The translations under genes were made by a program, and so were the position numbers. From NCBI RefSeq assembly GCF_036365525.1, contig NW_027140922.1:62001-126000 (forward strand): a stretch of 64,000 nt of DNA. The letters are read 5' to 3'. Of the stretch, positions 62,451 to 64,000 are shown one piece after another. This DNA comes from Heterodontus francisci. Its lineage: Eukaryota. Under the pieces are notes generated by a model. The model worked only from the letters and a program-made list of their open reading frames with translations. It ran no database searches and was not told the DNA's origin. Positions within the stretch are counted from its first letter, which is position 1; every line of letters begins with the position of its first letter.

Positions 62451-64000
62451 GGTGCAGAAAAGATTCACAAGCAAGGTTCCAGGGATGAGGGACTTCAGTT
62501 ACATGGATAGATTGGAGAAGCTGGGGTTGTTCTCTGTGTCTCTCTCTGTCCTCCTCTCTCTATCTCTCCCTCCTGCTATCTCTGACATTAGGAGAGAGAC
62601 AGAGGGAGAGAGGGTTAGATATGCAGACAGAGAGAGAGGGCTGTAGAGAGGGACAAGGTTGGAGAGAGAGAGATTGTTGGGGTGTTTTGAAAGGGAGAAT
62701 TTAAGATATATTATTTTGATGTAATCCTTCACTCCTGTGTACACAAACAGAGAAAGATAGGTGTTTGGAGTGAAATATTGGTAGAGAGAGAGAAATGTAG
62801 ATCAAGTTGGGGCCCAAGTGACCGGTTCTCATGGTTTGGAGGGAAAACGCTCCATTGTAAACATCCAGCAAGCTATTCCACTGTGGGAGCCATCACACTT
62901 TCATGATATTGTTGTGGAAATCTTGAAATCTATGTCCCTGGTTATTGACCCCTCTGCTGAGGGAAATGGGTCCTTTCTATCCACTCTATCTAAGCCCATC
63001 AGAGTTTCACTCTGTATCTAACCCCGTGCTGCACCTGACCTGGGAGTGTTTGATGGGGACAGTGTAGAGGGAGCTTTACTCTGTATCTAACCCCATGCTG
63101 TATCTGTCCCGGGAGTGTTTGATGGGGACAGTGTAGAGGGAGCTTTACTCTGTATCTAACCCCATGCTGTATCTGTCCTGGGAATGTTTGATGGGGACAG
63201 TGTAGAGGGAGCTTTACTCTGTATCTAACCCCATGCTGTATCTGTCCCGGGAGTGTTTGATGGGGACAGCATTCTCCATTTTCACTCTCTTTCTGCGACT
63301 CTCTACATCTTTATCTGTCTCTCTCTTTCCCTGTACCTGGACCCCTCCCTCTGGCCTCTTTAGTTGTGATTCGGTGAGTTCACAGCGGACTGTCTTCAAT
63401 CTCATAGAAAAACTGTTTCCCCTGGTTTGTGATTCTCCCTCGGAGCTTAACCCTTGGAGTGCAGGTATCATTCTACTCTCTTAATACCACCCAATATTTC
63501 ACACTCCTCCTTAACCACAATGTTTGCCTCATCCCCCTCTTTTATGACTATTTCACAATATTGTTACTCCTGTGATTAAAGGGACAGGGACAGAGGGGTT
63601 ACGACATTGGGTAAGAGACAGAACACAGAGAGTAGTGGTGAACGGTTGTTTCAGACTGGAGGGAGGCATAGAGTGGTGTCACCCAGAGATTTCTATTGGG
63701 ACCACTGCTCTTTATGATGACATGACTTAGGTTTACAGAGCAGAACTTCAAAGTTTGCAGATGACACAAAACTTTGGAAATGTAGTAAAGAGGGAAGAGA
63801 ATAGTAGCAGACTTCAGGAAGCTATTGGCAGTCTGGTGAATTGACAGACACATGGCAGGTTAAATTCAATGCTGAGAAATGTGAAGTGATGGATTTTGGA
63901 AGGAAGACTGGGAGAGGCAATATAAACTAAATGGTACAATGTTAAGATGGGTGCAGGAAGAGAGAGGCCTTACACATACAGGAGCTGACAGTCTCTCTCT

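Overview
Eukaryotic, repeat-rich genomic DNA. The CR1/L2/RTE LINE, Penelope, V-SINE (HE1-type) and minisatellite content points to a cartilaginous fish (shark). The first ~31 kb is a germline T-cell receptor beta-type variable (TRBV) cluster: 10 full-length V segments (labelled V-1 to V-10 here) plus one 5'-truncated orphan (V-0), all on the + strand, in three tandemly duplicated families. Each full-length segment has a leader exon, a phase-1 GT-AG intron, a V exon and a 3' RSS. Family 1 (V-0 to V-5, SQTIHQ..CTV.GTSNP..WYRQ..CAWS) strongly resembles mammalian TRBV30. V-1, V-5, V-6, V-8 and V-9 look functional. The rest carry a frameshift, a stop, loss of Cys23 or Trp41, or a 21/17-bp RSS spacer. 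The most notable non-coding signal is a set of same-orientation CTCF-like motifs downstream of almost every V, including an 8 x 45-bp tandem array starting just after the V-7 RSS. No D, J, C or trypsinogen exons were recognised. The right half (32-64 kb) is segmentally duplicated, TE- and satellite-rich DNA with repeated decayed exons of a possible SRCR-like pseudogene and several N gaps.
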